A stretch of DNA of 64,000 nucleotides from Balamuthia mandrillaris (taxonomy: Eukaryota). How positions within the stretch are numbered: the stretch's first letter is position 1; every line of letters begins with the position of its first letter. Positions 51,501 through 64,000 of this stretch are shown here, in pieces. The notes under the pieces were generated by a model. The model searched no databases. It worked only from the letters and a program-made list of their open reading frames with translations, and was not told where the DNA came from. The position numbers and the translations under genes are program-made. The stretch spans positions 1 through 64,000 of the forward strand of contig JAVKOQ020000074.1 of NCBI GenBank assembly GCA_031835245.2, read 5' to 3'.

Positions 51501-53637
51501 ATATCGGGATTGGGAGTGATGATGCGAATGCGTTTCTCTCTCTGCTCCAACATGTCCATCTCCAACATGGTCTTGAAGTAAGGAGAGCGTTCGACGAGAC
51601 GATCCACAAAGATTTGCACTTGTTGCACGTTGTCTTCGTTCCCCTCTTCCACGACTTCCAGCGTGAAGTTACCAACACGTTGAATGGCTTCTTTGGCGGC
51701 TGCTCGAACCTCTTGACTTGGATCTTTCTCTTGAAAGGACACCAGTATCTCCAAGCATTGTATTTCTGATGCTGTTGTGTTGTTGCTTTCTTCCTGGTCT
51801 TCTGATGCTGAAGAAAAGGGTTTGTTGGTGACACCGCGAGAGGCACGCAGTTGGTCGCGTTGTTTTGTGGTTTGGATTTGGGCCACTCTACGACGATACC
51901 AATTCACCAGTTGAATACGCGATCGTGGTGTACTTGCAGAGGAACCGAAAGGAATACCAAAGAAGAAAACGGAGAACAAGAAGCAGAAACGGAGGAGATG
52001 AGACGAAGACAAAATGAAAAGAACGTTGAGAGAAGTACCTTGTGGCTGGAGTCAAAACGGTTCGTATTGTATCAACAGTTTGGTTCAAAATATCCTCCAA
52101 AACTGTTTTTTGTGTATAGCATCAAGTCAGAAAGCACTAAAAGCTAGAAGAAATAAAAGCGTGAAGGATAAAACGGATGAATAGGACAGAATAGGACAAA
52201 GGGAGAGGAAGAGGGTACCGGGAATGGAAGGCAACTCGCAAATGCCATCTAGCACCTGTATAGCATGTGTGGGGTCAAGAAGAGCGTCCTTCAGGCCCGT
52301 CAGTATGGTAAGCATTTTCCCTTGCGCAGTCGGTATGTTTGGATTCAACATTAATGCTGCCTGTAATGCTTGTAAGGAGTGCATCAAGTTCTCCTTTTCC
52401 AGAAACTCGCCTAACTCCAAATAAAGCAATACCTGTTTATGATAACGTGGTAAAGTTAAACATACAGAGCACAAGGCAAACCACGGAAAGCACAATGAAA
52501 ATAACCACCAACAAAGAGGAAAGAGAGAGAGAGAGAGAGATCAACCATGGCTTGTTTTAGTTCATCAGGCGATAGCAACGAATCAAGCTGCTGCAGCACA
52601 GCGAAACATTTGTGATAGCAGTTGAGACTCTTTTGCATCCAAGCCATCGCCGGCAACACCGCCAGCATAAACAAGCCTCTCTGCGGGTGTTGTTGTCCTC
52701 CAAAGTTGGTGTTATTTGTCTCGTTTGAGGCAGGAGAAGAAGCAGAAGAAGAGGGAGAATAGGTTTGATATAAAGCTCGAAACATGCGCGCTTTTTGGAG
52801 CCAACGCAAAAAGAGATCATCTGCGTTCTCCCAAAGTTTGTTGTTGATGTCATTGTGGAATGGTGATGGTTGTTGCTGCGAGTCTCTTAACTGTTTTGTT
52901 TTATTTGGAAGAAGGAAGTGAAATATTAGACAAAAACAAAACGACAAGAAAGAAAGAACCGACAAGAAAGAAAGAAACGACAAGAAAGAAAAGAAAAAGG
53001 CAAAAGTTACCAGTTCAGAACGGAAATAACTAGTCGAGAGAGCTCTAAGCAGTTCTTGCTTCCTGCCCGCTTTGTCCCTCCCGCCACCTTGCTTTTGCAT
53101 CTGCTGCTGCTGCAATATTTTCGCTTGTGCTTCGCTCTTCCGCCTCGGCGAAGGCTCACGAGAAGAAGAAGAGGGAGAAGAAGAGCTCGACGAAGAAGCA
53201 CGTTCCTCAGCATTCGTGGCAAAGGAAACGCTGTTGCGGTTTCGTGGTGGTGAGGGGCTTTGCCCGTGGTCCTTGGCTTGTTTCTTTGCAGTCCCTTTGT
53301 TTTCTTTTTCCTCTTCTCTACTCTTCTTCTTCTGTTTTTTCTCCTTCCCATCGGCAGAATTTTTCAACATGTACTCCGCAGGAAACAGCCGCTCAAACTC
53401 TTGTTGCATGTCTTCCTCCTCTCCCTCCACATCTCTGCTTTCTCTCGTTTGCTTCTTTCGTGGTGCTGTCCTGGTTTCAACCCTCTTCTGTTCCACCTCC
53501 ACCTCCTCCTCTTCTTCCTCTGCTTCCTCTTCGGCGGCGGCAGCCAGAAGGACCAAGTCTTTCAGCCCGCTGGTAGATAGCGAGCGCAACAGCTGTCCTC
53601 TGTTGTTGTTGGACGAGGCGCGAAGCCCTGAAGCCAT
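48523..53637 (-). CDS. Large BTB + WWE + ankyrin-repeat protein with N-terminal TPR/HEAT-like helices, spliced
   Basis: BTB RSPYFKTML..FLMMIDYLYT..LLLCANQYGV; WWE WQWKADSGWQNYD..MQQV..GFARDVQR; ankyrins WTPLMFA, TPLMVAC, GNTALMLA, GWSALHFA, TALDIA. Confidence 0.82.
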
Positions 53638-53803
53638 GTTTGTTCTCTTCTTCCTCCGTTTTTCTTCTCTCTTCCCACACAAAAAAGAGGTTTTTCAGAT
53701 AATAATTATGGATATAACGTTACGATAATCTGTCCGCATAAATAGATTTGATTTTCGATTGGCTCCAAAAGTGTTCATTTCATTAAAATGGACCTATGAA
53801 AAA

Positions 53804-54051
53804 TCAAAGGAAGCTCTTGTGGAGATCAGGGCTCTCATCGATGCCCGCTCGCCCCTCCTGCGGCACGGCCAGAGCGGCCACCAGGACCTCCAGCACGCCC
53901 GCCGAGGAGCTCAGCTCTGAACAAAGCTTATCCACTGCGTTGCGCAGTGGTTTCAGTTGCGATGCATTCAAATAGCCTTTTTAATTTCAGGTTAGAGACG
54001 AGAGGAGCAGAGGAGCATACATGAGAACGGAGGGCAAAGAGAGAGACAGAG

Positions 54052-54094
<43 letters not shown>

Positions 54095-56694
54095 CAGAGG
54101 GAAGAGGGGAGCAGAACTGAAGACGACAGCAAACCTTCGGAGAGAAACCAAGCAGAGTCCTTCTCGATGGTCGACAGAGCATGCAACAACCACATCTTCT
54201 CCAGCAACTGGACCGTTTCCGTTCTACAGCTGCCACCTCCTTTCTCTCGCCTCTCCTTCTTCGCCCTTTCCACCACTTTATAAAACTGCTGCATCACTTT
54301 TCTCTCCAAATATGCCTTTCCCAGTGCAGTTGCATGATTCATGCAGGAACACCAAACCTCAAAGTTGGCCACTTTCTGGCTGTTCTTCCAAGCCTCTTCT
54401 TTCTGACTCAGCCACGAAATCCACGTTCTTCCGTTTGTGTTTCTTCTCGAAGACGATTTTGAAGAAGAAGCAGCAAAAGTGATGTCTGGGATGCGCGTTG
54501 CTCTATTGTTGAGCCGCAGCCCAAGTTTCTGTAGCAGCTTTTGCTCTCGATAGAAGAAGAGGTTGAGGAGGTAAGAGGGAGAGAGGAGAGAGCTAGCAGG
54601 AAAGAGGAATGTGCTGGACTTGATCCAGAACAGTTCTTGCAGCTCCTGTTCAACTACTTCAGCGAAGAAACGCTTGGGCTTGAAGTTTTGGCCGTATCGC
54701 AGCAACAACTCTTTAGCAATCAATTGCAGCAACAAGTGGTTGTCTCCTTTTGGTTGTCATGTCGAATTTTTTTCTTTGGTTATGAAAGAGAATGACGAAG
54801 AAAAGAACGAGAACCAAAAGGAGGAGCAACCAAACATAAAACAAGAGAAAGAGCAAAGAAGGAACAACAGAAAAACGAACCTACCATGAATGGTGACGAG
54901 AGCATCAACATCTTTTCGAGCCTCCGCAATAAGGTTTTCACTTAGATAGCCAGCCCCTCCACAGCACTCCCGTCCGCTTTGTGTCACCTGTTGCGCATGC
55001 CACGTCGCTCCAGCTTTCACACAAATGGCCAACAAATTCAATTTTCTCTCTTTCTCCAGTCTTCTTTCTTGCTCGTCATCATGTTCATCTTTGTTTGTTG
55101 CTGCATCATTTTGAGTAATGTGATGGGCGTGATCCGCTTTGACTTTTTGGAGGAAGAAGAGGAAAGCGAAGAGGTTGGCTAACTGCGGAATGAGACGTCG
55201 TTGGTGAGGTGGATAGCTCATAATGGGCCGTTCGTTGTTGGCGAAAGTTTCGTTGTCTGAATGTTGGTATGTTACGCCTGGTCCGAATTGTCGCCGCCAA
55301 AGGGAATAGTGAATAGCAATTGCTGGTTGTTTGTGTTTTTTTTCAGGAGATGAGAGAGTTAGATAGAGGAACACCCGAAAAGCACAAGAGAAGAAAGCAG
55401 AAAGCAATAAGACGGGGGAAAGGCGTTACTAAGAGAAAGGCGAGAAGCAGAAAGGGCCAATACAGCATCTCCAATCCTAGCTTCCATCAAGTGTCCCAAA
55501 TGCACTCTAAACCGATTCGACGCTTTCCTCAAATAATAGTTACTGCTGTTATTTGCTCTTCTTCTTTGCCCATATTCTCCTATAACATACTCTCCTTCTT
55601 GCGTTACGTTGACATAACGATTCAGCAGATGTGTTCTTGGTATGTGCACTTCATCGAACCACATCCGACAATGCTCGACGTTGTTGAGACCCATCTTTGG
55701 ACCCATGGTCGTTATGTGCACGCCTTTTGTTATTGTCGAGGTTTGCATCGAGCTGTTGTTGTTGGCTCGAAGTGGTACGAGGAAGGCGTGGATTCCATGT
55801 TCCTCTTCCCTGCACTTACTTTTTTGAGTACATTCATGTTAGCAAAGAAGAACATGAGAGAACCACAGAGGCCAAACATCAAAACAGGGAAGAGATAAGT
55901 ATAAAATGAGAGAAAGCCGACAAGAGAGAATGAAAGAATGAAAGAAGCAGGAAGAAGGAGGAGAAAAAGAAGAAGACAAAGAACAATAGTGAAAAGACCT
56001 GCGGGGATTCCCTTCCGTCACTGTTATACCTCTGTTCCTGAACCGGCAGCACCAAGTTTGCAAAGACAATGGCCCATCGCGCCGTTCGTGCGTTGGCCAC
56101 CCAACACTTGTGCGAGGAGCAAGGAGCAGAAGGGGAAGGAGGGCTGCTCAACACGAACCGGCCGGAGGAAGGCTCGTAGCGAGCGGTCGTTTGGATGCCT
56201 CTAAGGTTGGAGCCATGTCCAAACTCCGCCAGCGCCACACAACCTTCAATAGCAGGAGGAGAGGAAGAGGTAGCAAGGACGAGCTGGTGATGAAAGGAAG
56301 TGCCGAGACGAGAGAGGCAGGCAGCGAAGGAGACAAAGTAGGACATGAGCGAGTGGGCGGCGCTGAGGTCCCTCACGGTGGTGGCGTGGCTCTCGAAGAA
56401 GGCCCAACACTTCAACGGATCGCAGCGAATGTCTGGTAAAGATAAAAGAGCGCCCACATCATCCAATGAAGAAGAAGCAGAAGCAGAAGAAGAAGAGGAA
56501 GATCTTGCTACATTTTTGGCTCTGGTTGATTCCAACAGGGCGGCACGGTAGCGACGATGCTCAGGCCACAAGAGACGGGAAAGATCACTGGCCACGCCGA
56601 GAGCGATCTCTCTAGAGGGCAGACGGAGAACTTCGGGAGCGTCTTCCTCCAACCCGCCAAGCTCCGCTGCTGCTGCTGCTTCTGCTTTCTGCAT
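53804..56694 (-). CDS. Acyl-CoA oxidase-like protein (peroxisomal ACOX family), spliced
   Basis: EFGHGSNLRGIQTTARY, GIHAFLVPLR, GPKMGLN, RRQFGP, RECCGGAGY, GDN; ends HKSFL*. Confidence 0.88.
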
Positions 56695-57108
56695 TTTGTT
56701 TTTCTTCTTGGTTATTTTTGGTGCTCTCTCTTCTCCTCTCTCATGTCCCTAGCCTGCCTTCAGTTCGACTCTTACTGGTCACCAACTTTATTCATTTCTT
56801 GCTGCTCTCTCTTCCCCTCTCTCTTGTCCTTTGAGGAGCTGCAGTCTCCACTGCATTTTCAGAGAGGTCGAAGCAGGTGAGAGACAAGCTCGAGGGCAAG
56901 TGTGCAAAGGGTTGAAGCAGAAGGGAAGGGAAGGGAAGGGCTTTGCTTTCCTCTTGCTTGCCTGCTGGCACCTACTTTTTCGAAGGATGAAACGGTATGC
57001 AAATCTCATTTACTGTTCACAAGAAAAAATAAAAACACACAACAAAACGGAATGCTCAAAAAAGAAACCCCTTTTCATTCTTTCTTTTCTGCATCGCTCC
57101 TCCATCGT

Positions 57109-58776
57109 CTAATCCACCAACATCGATCCTGTTATCGGTTGTTGCTGTTGCTGCTGTTGCTGTTGCGGAGAGCTGCCATTATCGTGATGAGTTGCTTGTT
57201 GTTGCTGCTGCAACGATTGTTGAATGACAGCATCAGAGGCCACAAAAGCAGCCGCAGCAGCCGCAAAGGCCAAAGACTCTGCCGTGTTTCTCGTTCGCTT
57301 GTTTGGCGGCAACATATTTTCCACCGAGGAGGAAGAGGAGGAAGCAGAGGAAGGAGAAGAAGCTGCCACGATTCTATTTCCAACGGGGGAAGGAGAGGGA
57401 GAAGAAGAGGAGGAATCCACCAATTTTCTTTTCGCTCTATAGGAGGAACGCGTGGGGGTGTTGGCGGAAGAGGAAGAAGAGCCTTTGGTGGCTCTGGAGG
57501 CAATGGCAGCAGCCCTTAGGGAGTCAGCCAGGCTCTCGTCACGCTCAATGATTAAGAAGTTCTTCTCGGCGCGGGCGGAGCGGAGCTGGTTGTTGGCGGT
57601 TCCCAAACGGGCCAGGTCGGGTATGATGGTCTCGTCGCGGAAGGACCACGCCACGTTCAGTCCTCTTGGTGTTAGTTTGACAAATTGTCTGTGAAAGCAA
57701 TGGATTAACAATTAGATGGGAATGGAGAGAGAAAGGAAAGATCGAAGATGGGATAAGAGATGGAACAAACCTTCCATGAGGAGACTTGGCTTTGGTCTTC
57801 ACTTTGGGGCCGATGAACCTGTGCTCATGGTCATACATTTCTTGGTAGGTGGGATTGCCCAACTCATCGCACACTTCGGCCAGCCTATACAATTCTGGGG
57901 CGTAGGGTGCTCCCTGTTTATCATATTGTCAAACATTGGAAAACATCAGACAGCCATTCTTCAGCGTATTTCTCCATGTCGTTTGCTTTCTTATATTGCA
58001 ACGTACCAAGTTCTGAGTGATGGCCCAAAGAAGAAAGACAGTGGGAGGGCATTCGTTGTGTCTGAAGCTGCCTCGCTTGGATACCATCTCTTTGTCGATG
58101 TGGCTTTCTGAGGCCTGTTCGAACCATCGGTAAGTTTCCATGCGGCAAGCCTTTGTCATGTTTCTTCCCAATTCCTTCAACTGTTTGTAGAGTTGGCGTG
58201 TTGTAAATAGTCAGAAGACCTCGAAGCCAGAAGCAAGAGCCAGAAGAAGAAGAAGAAGAAGAAGAAGAAGAAGAAGAAGAAGAAGAAGAAGGAGGAACAA
58301 GAAGAACAAGAAAACTGAGACACTGAGACACTAACCAATATCATCGGAAGGCCATCGGTAGAACACAACTCGCCTGCAAGCATGATACGGCACAACAACC
58401 ACAGTGGATAGTTGAGCTTGTGAGCGGGTTTGCGCGGCACGGCAAAGCCGGAGGCGCCCTCCGCTTGTTGCTGCTGCTGGCTCATGCCATAACGTGCCGC
58501 TGGATACTCTTTGAACAGCATTTCTATAATTTTGTTCATGGTTGTGTGGGAGTGAGTAGAGGAGAACACAACAAACGAGAGAGGGAGGGAGGGAGGGAGG
58601 GAGGGAGGGAGGGAGGGAGGGAGAGGGGGGGAGGGAGGGAGGGAGGGAGGGAAAAAGGAGGGAGGGAGGGAGAGGAGGGAGGGAGGGAGGGAGGGAGGGA
58701 GGGAGGGAGGGAGGAGGGAGGAGGGAGGAGGGAGGGAGGGAGGGAGGGAGGGGGGAGGGGAGAGGAGAGGGAGGGA

Positions 58777-58820
<44 letters not shown>

Positions 58821-59400
58821 ACAAACCTCTTATGTGGTTCTTTTCCTCAACGCCCAGCTCGTAGACGGGGTGACACTCGTCCGGTAGACCAAAGGAGAAC
58901 TCCTGCCAGTGGTCCCTGCGCGGGGCCGGTTCGGTGCAGGGCGGGAATTTAGGGAGGTCCTCTTCTCGTATGGGTCCATAGATCCCCCCACCGTCCTCCA
59001 CCTCCTCCTCGGCCACAGGGGGAGCGGCAGCACCGGCGGCAAGTTCCTCCACGACGTTAGCGGGAGGGTGAGAGGCGTCCTGAGTGGAGGTAGTGGCGGC
59101 GGCGGTGATGGAGGTGGTGGCCGGAGGCGGGGAGGAAGTGGTGGGAGAGATTTCGGCAATGTCCATGGAGGGAACGGGGCGTTGAGGGGGCAAAGAAGGG
59201 GAGGGAGGGAGGGGAGCTGAAGAAGAAGCTGCAGGAGGGGAGGAGGGTGGTTGGCCTGGGGCAGGCAAAGAGGGATGAGGGGCCTCCTCAGATGCTGCCA
59301 CAGAGGAAGAGGGTGCGGGAGAGGACGTTTCTTCGGAGGTGGACGTGGGAGCAGGCCTAGCGTGCCCCACGTTCTGACCTTGTTCTTCTTCTTCCTTCAT
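57109..59400 (-). CDS. Hypothetical protein with Pro/Ser-rich N-terminus, globular core and Ser/Gln-rich tail, spliced
   Basis: ATG 59400; coding-like exons separated by GT-AG introns; no family recognised. Confidence 0.65.
58577..58817. repeat. (GGGA)n/(GA)n purine tract in an intron
   Basis: Directly visible. Confidence 0.93.
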
Positions 59401-59841
59401 CTTGAGGGCAGGATTTGTTTTGTTGTTTTTTTGATTTCTCCTCTCTTACGACGACGCGAGAAGCTGCACAGAAAAATAGAAAAAATAAAAAAGTTTTACG
59501 CCCAAAAGAAAAAAAAAGTAACGGCACAATTTTTCCTTTTCGGGTATGCTCGCTCGGGGTTGTCTAATCTCGAGTCCTGTTCTGCGGAATTTGCAGGGAG
59601 AAAAGGTCCAGCGAATGGGAAATTTTCGGGTCGTCGTGGGGTACCTTTCTTAGGTTTTTCCCATGACGACCCTACGACCAATGGCGTGCGAGCATCATGT
59701 CGTCAGGAATAAACTTGTTAAATACACGAAATTTCGCTCTCCATCTCACGTCCTCTCCTTGTATTGTTCTGTTTGTCGATGATATGTTTTTAGCTGTTGT
59801 GTGTGTCTAGCTCCGCGATAGACAGAAAGGGTATTTTGGTT

Positions 59842-61495
59842 TTAGGCCAACTTGTTTCCGCATTGCATGCAGAAACGCTCTTGGCCTTGCTTCTGGGTTC
59901 CACACTTGGAGCAGCTGCCCGTCCTGGACTGCCTGTAACACGCCGAGTGCCACTCCTTGCCCGCCACGATGGTCTTCTCTCCGGTATCCTTTCCCACCAC
60001 CAGCTGCTGCCCGCAGCCAGGGCAAGTGTCTGTCTGCACGCCAAGACCCTGGGCAGGGCCACGTTCAGGGTGGGCCTGTTTGTAGCAGGTGGTGTGCCAT
60101 TCCTGACCAGAGACCACGGTCTTATCGCCGGTGTCACGGCCGACCACCATTTGTTGCTTGCAGCCAGGGCACTTGGTCATCTGTACGCCGAGGCCCTGGG
60201 CGGGTCCTCGTTCCGGGTGGGCGGTCCGGTAGCAAGAGGTATGCCATTCTTGGCCAGAGACCACGGTCTTGTCTCCGGTGTCCCTTCCGACCACGATCTG
60301 TTGCTTGCAGCCAGGGCAGCTGCTTGTCTGGACACCCAAGCCTTGGGCGGGTCCACGCTCAGGATGGGCGGTCCGGTAGCAGGAGGTATGCCATTCCCGA
60401 CCAGAGACCACGGTCTTATCACCTGTATCTCGTCCGACCACGATCTGTTGCTTGCATCCAGGGCAAGAGCTGGTCTGTACACCGAGGCCTTGGGCAGGGC
60501 CACGTTCAGGGTGGGCACTACGGTAGCAAGAGGTATGCCATTCTTGGCCAGAGACCACGGTCTTGTCTCCAGTGTCCTTGCCGACCACAATTTGTTGTTT
60601 GCAGCCAGGACAAGTGCTTGTCTGTATGCCGAGGCCTTGAGCAGGTCCACGTTCAGGGTAAGCCCTTCGATAACAGGTGGTGTGCCATTCCTGACCAGAG
60701 ACAACGGTCTTGTCGCCTGTGTCTTTGCCGACCACGATCTGTTGCTTGCATCCAGGACAAGCGCTGGTCTGTACGCCGAGACCCTGGGCAGGGCCGCGTT
60801 CAGGGTGGGCGATCCGGTAGCAGGTGGTGTGCCATTCTCTTCCAGAAACCACGGTCTTGTCACCTGTGTCTTTGCCGACCACGATCTGTTGCTTGCATCC
60901 AGGGCAGCTACTGGTCTGGACACCCAAGCCTTGGGCAGGGCCACGTTCAGGATGGACCCTTCGGTAGCAGGTGGTGTGCCATTCCTGGCCAGAGACGACC
61001 GTCTTGTCTCCTGTGTCACGGCCGACTACCATCTGGGCGCCGCAGCCAGGACACTTGGCGGTCTGAACGCCTAATCCTGGTGCGGGTCCCTTGGAAGGAT
61101 GAGCACGTTCGTAGCAGTCCCTGTGCCAGGCTTGGCCCGAAGAAATGGTCTTCTCTCGTCTGCTTTCATTGACGGGAAGGACTGTTGAGCGTAACGGGAG
61201 TCAGTGAGAAGAAGAAGAAGAAGAAGAAGAAGAAGAAGAAGAAGAAGAAGAAGAAGAAGAAGAAGAAGAAGAAGAAGAAGAAGAAGAAGAAGAAGAAGAA
61301 GAAGAAGAAGAAGAAGAAGAAGAAGAACAAGAAGAAGAAGAACAAGAAGAACAAGAAGAAGAAGAAGAAGAAGAAGAAGAAGAAGAACAAGAAGAAGAAG
61401 AAGAACAAGAAGAAGAGGAGGAAAAGAAAACAAAACAGAAAAAGATGAAGAACGACAGAAGAGAAGCATAAGCAGAGAACACATAGAACGTACGC

Positions 61496-61526
<31 letters not shown>

Positions 61527-61861
61527 AGAAACAAAATTGAAAGAGAGAAAAAAGAGCAAAACATTTCAACAATGATTACTTCAAGCCTACAGTGGTTACA
61601 CATAAAACTGAAAATTGTTTTAAAAAGACGTACTCTTTTCTTTACAGCCAGGGCACTTTTCGATACCACCAGAAGTGCTGCCAGCAGCGGAAGCACCACA
61701 GCCAGGACAAAAGTTGCCGCTGAATTGAGTGTCTGGAAACCAACAAAAAAGTGTAGAGAGAAGGCTCACGTTACCCACTGAGCTCAAGCGCTACAAACGA
61801 AAAAAAAATTTAAACAAAAATAAAACAACAAGGCCTTACCACACTCGGAACAGAACACCAT
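59842..61861 (-). CDS. Tandem half-LIM zinc-knuckle repeat protein with terminal zinc ribbons (3 exons, 486 aa)
   Basis: Exons 61861-61840, 61732-61634, 61181-59842 join in frame; nine CPGC..WH..C units. Confidence 0.85.
59930..61140 (-). repeat. 147-bp coding tandem repeat (~8 units)
   Basis: Same motif recurs at 147-bp spacing (e.g. 61021, 60874, 60727). Confidence 0.93.
61207..61414. repeat. (AAG)n intronic microsatellite
   Basis: Directly visible. Confidence 0.97.
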
Positions 61862-62160
61862 GATGCCCACTGCAATTGAAGGGACAGTCGTTGAAAAAAA
61901 AGGGGGACGTGCCAAGAGTCTGGCTTTGCTCTTCTCTCTTTTCTTCTTTGATATTGCAATACCCCCGATCGGGTAATACTTTTTTCATTTTGCGGCTACC
62001 TTAAACGAATCTGATCTACGGTGTGGCCCGCATCACTCCACCAACCCCCGAGTGTCCACCGGGTTCGAGGGTGATGTGCTGGACAGCATTTGTTCTGTAT
62101 GGACTTTTAAGGTGATGATACGGTGATCAAAAAGATCCATGTCGTCCCAAAAACGCAGAA

Positions 62161-62262
62161 CAAGAAGAAGAAGAAGAAGAAGAAGAAGAAGAAGAAGAAG
62201 AAGAAGAAGAAGAAGAAGAAGAAGAAGAAGAAGAAGAAGAAGAACAAGAAGAAGAAGAAGAA
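62161..62262. repeat. (AAG)n microsatellite
   Basis: Directly visible. Confidence 0.95.
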
Positions 62263-62276
62263 CAAGGTAGGTTTAC

Positions 62277-63441
62277 TTAGTGAGAAGGAGCATCGCGCCT
62301 CTCCCAAGAACGAAAATAGTTGGTGAGATGGCTTTTAGGCTCTGCCGGCCAAGGGCACAACCACAATGCAGCATTTGAGCCAAATACTTTCCGCCAGTTT
62401 GCAATCTTGCTGCTCCTTCTTCCTTCCATAATAGCGCTGTTGTTCGCCTTCAGGACAATAACAACAATAAATACAAGGTAATGTTTCAACAACGAGAAAC
62501 AGAAACAGAAAAAAACGAAAGGAAATAAGAAAGAAGCAATAAAACAGAAAAAGAAAACAAAAATGTTTCAAAAAAACCAATAGTGTACCTGTACAATATT
62601 CTCAATAACGCTAATGCCAGAGAGCACGAGTTGGATATGTCGAATGAGCAAGAAGAAGCAGCTTATGCCCAACGACGCGGTAACGCTGATATGTTTGGTA
62701 AATCAAAAGAACCATAAACGAACAAAGAAGACGAAAGAGAAGAAGAAATAAGCAGCAGAACAAAGAATAGGTACCCTAAAAAGCAATAGATGGGCACTAA
62801 GTCCACGAATACGGTTTTTACAGTAAAGCTCCAATCCGACTGTAAAATGAAAGAATGTCCATCAATCGAGGAGGAGAATGAAGAAAGAAGGAGGAAGGAA
62901 GAACGAAGGACGTACATCGGAGAGGAAGTGGATGCCACGATAGAGAAGAAGGGCGGAGCCAGTGAAGCAAGCCAGCGTTGCGTAGAACAGAAACAGCACA
63001 AATACTTTCAAGTTATACTTTCCTGTGTTTTTGTTTCGCATACAGAATGGTAAGAAAAGCAGAGAAGTAGAGCAACAAGAAGGAAGAGAATGAAGAAAAC
63101 GTTGTTGTCCCGACCTACACAATTGTTGATGTATGGGCAATGATGGTCCATCTCCAAAACGCACCGTCTGCAAAAGCTGCAGTGATGACTCCGAGCAGGC
63201 TTATAGCACTGGCATGCAGGGCATATTCTTGGCATCCTTCGTACTCTCCGTGGTCGTCCTTCTCCCACCTGTTCGTCTTCTGGTTCTTCTTCCTCCTCTT
63301 CTTGTTCTGGTTCGTCTTGATATCCACTCGGCCGCTACCGTGTTGTTGTTCTCGTTTAGAGGAGATGAAGCAAAGAGAGGAAGAGGAAAGAAACGAAGGG
63401 GACGAGAAGAAGAGGCGCAGAGAAGAGAGAGAGAGAGAGAG

Positions 63442-63491
<50 letters not shown>

Positions 63492-63912
63492 GCAGGCATA
63501 CCAATCCAAAGGGAACGTAGCCAGGGTCACAAAGCAGGCAAAAGGCATAGCTCACCGCATAGAAGGTGAACACCAGGTGGCACCACAGCACCACCAGCAG
63601 CTTTCCCAACCTCTCCCCGAAGCTCCCCGCGGCGTCCTGGTAAGGGCTCACCATGCGGTAGTGCGCAAAGACGGCGTACCAGAGGTAGCCCCACGTCAAC
63701 AGGGAGTAGATGAGGACGAAGCCAACCACGTAGCGGCCCTGGATGCGAACGACCAAGCGACCAAAGCAGAGGCCAAAGGAACGAAGGAAGGAACGTTTGG
63801 CGGTGGTTCTAGTGTCATTAGGAGGATAGTACACTGGTCCTCTTCGTTCTTCTGGATCCTCTTCGATCAACAGAGGAACGTTGAGTCTGCTCGCGTCTCC
63901 TTCATTTCTCAT
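62277..63912 (-). CDS. DHHC palmitoyltransferase (ZDHHC family), spliced
   Basis: TM helices, [55 protein letters not shown]. Confidence 0.93.
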
Positions 63913-64000
63913 CGCTTCTCTTTTTTTTTACTTTATTCGTTTTTTTTTGAATTATGGACGATAGATCAGATCGATAATTATAGATAATTTTGCGAGGGTA

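Noticed and set aside
59797..61074. 425-aa plus-strand ORF and other frames over the 147-bp repeat; possible CRISPR-like array
   Set aside because: Antisense shadow of a coding repeat; units are contiguous with no unique spacers
61071..61699. Poly-L/F/K/R/S ORFs (also 21682-22289, 25311-25925, 58420-58887)
   Set aside because: Translations of intronic microsatellites
61990..62276. Possible extra DHHC exon after an intron-like (CTT)n segment
   Set aside because: The preceding exon ends in an in-frame TAA; at most a 3' UTR intron, unsupported without transcripts

Overview
Gene-dense, intron-rich eukaryotic DNA. Short GT-AG introns, poly-Ser/Glu/Gln tracts and microsatellite-filled introns suggest a free-living amoebozoan such as Balamuthia or Acanthamoeba (inference only). 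About 25 gene models can be reconstructed: MORN/F-box/WD40, GRAM-VASt, zinc-finger/vWA, two RhoGAPs, a dual-specificity phosphatase, a GOLD protein, NAP/SET, myotubularin, F-box/Sec7-like/Kelch, an SMIM30-like micropeptide, BTB-WWE-ankyrin, an acyl-CoA oxidase-like gene, a DHHC palmitoyltransferase and several unknowns. The most striking structure is four intronless, secreted SIMPL/DUF541-like genes in a mirror arrangement (+,+ ... -,-). They are combinatorial mosaics of each other, share a spaced ATTTCC..TATAAAT promoter, show a pattern consistent with inversion of the enclosed ~11.5 kb, and are bracketed by two inverted exact Pol III B-boxes. Other highlights are a protein of nine tandem half-LIM zinc knuckles capped by zinc ribbons, an acyl-CoA oxidase with His at the catalytic Glu position, a promoter-enriched GTCGAC palindrome and A-rich 3' splice sites. 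All family calls come from motif recognition by eye, not database searches; spliced gene boundaries are manual estimates.
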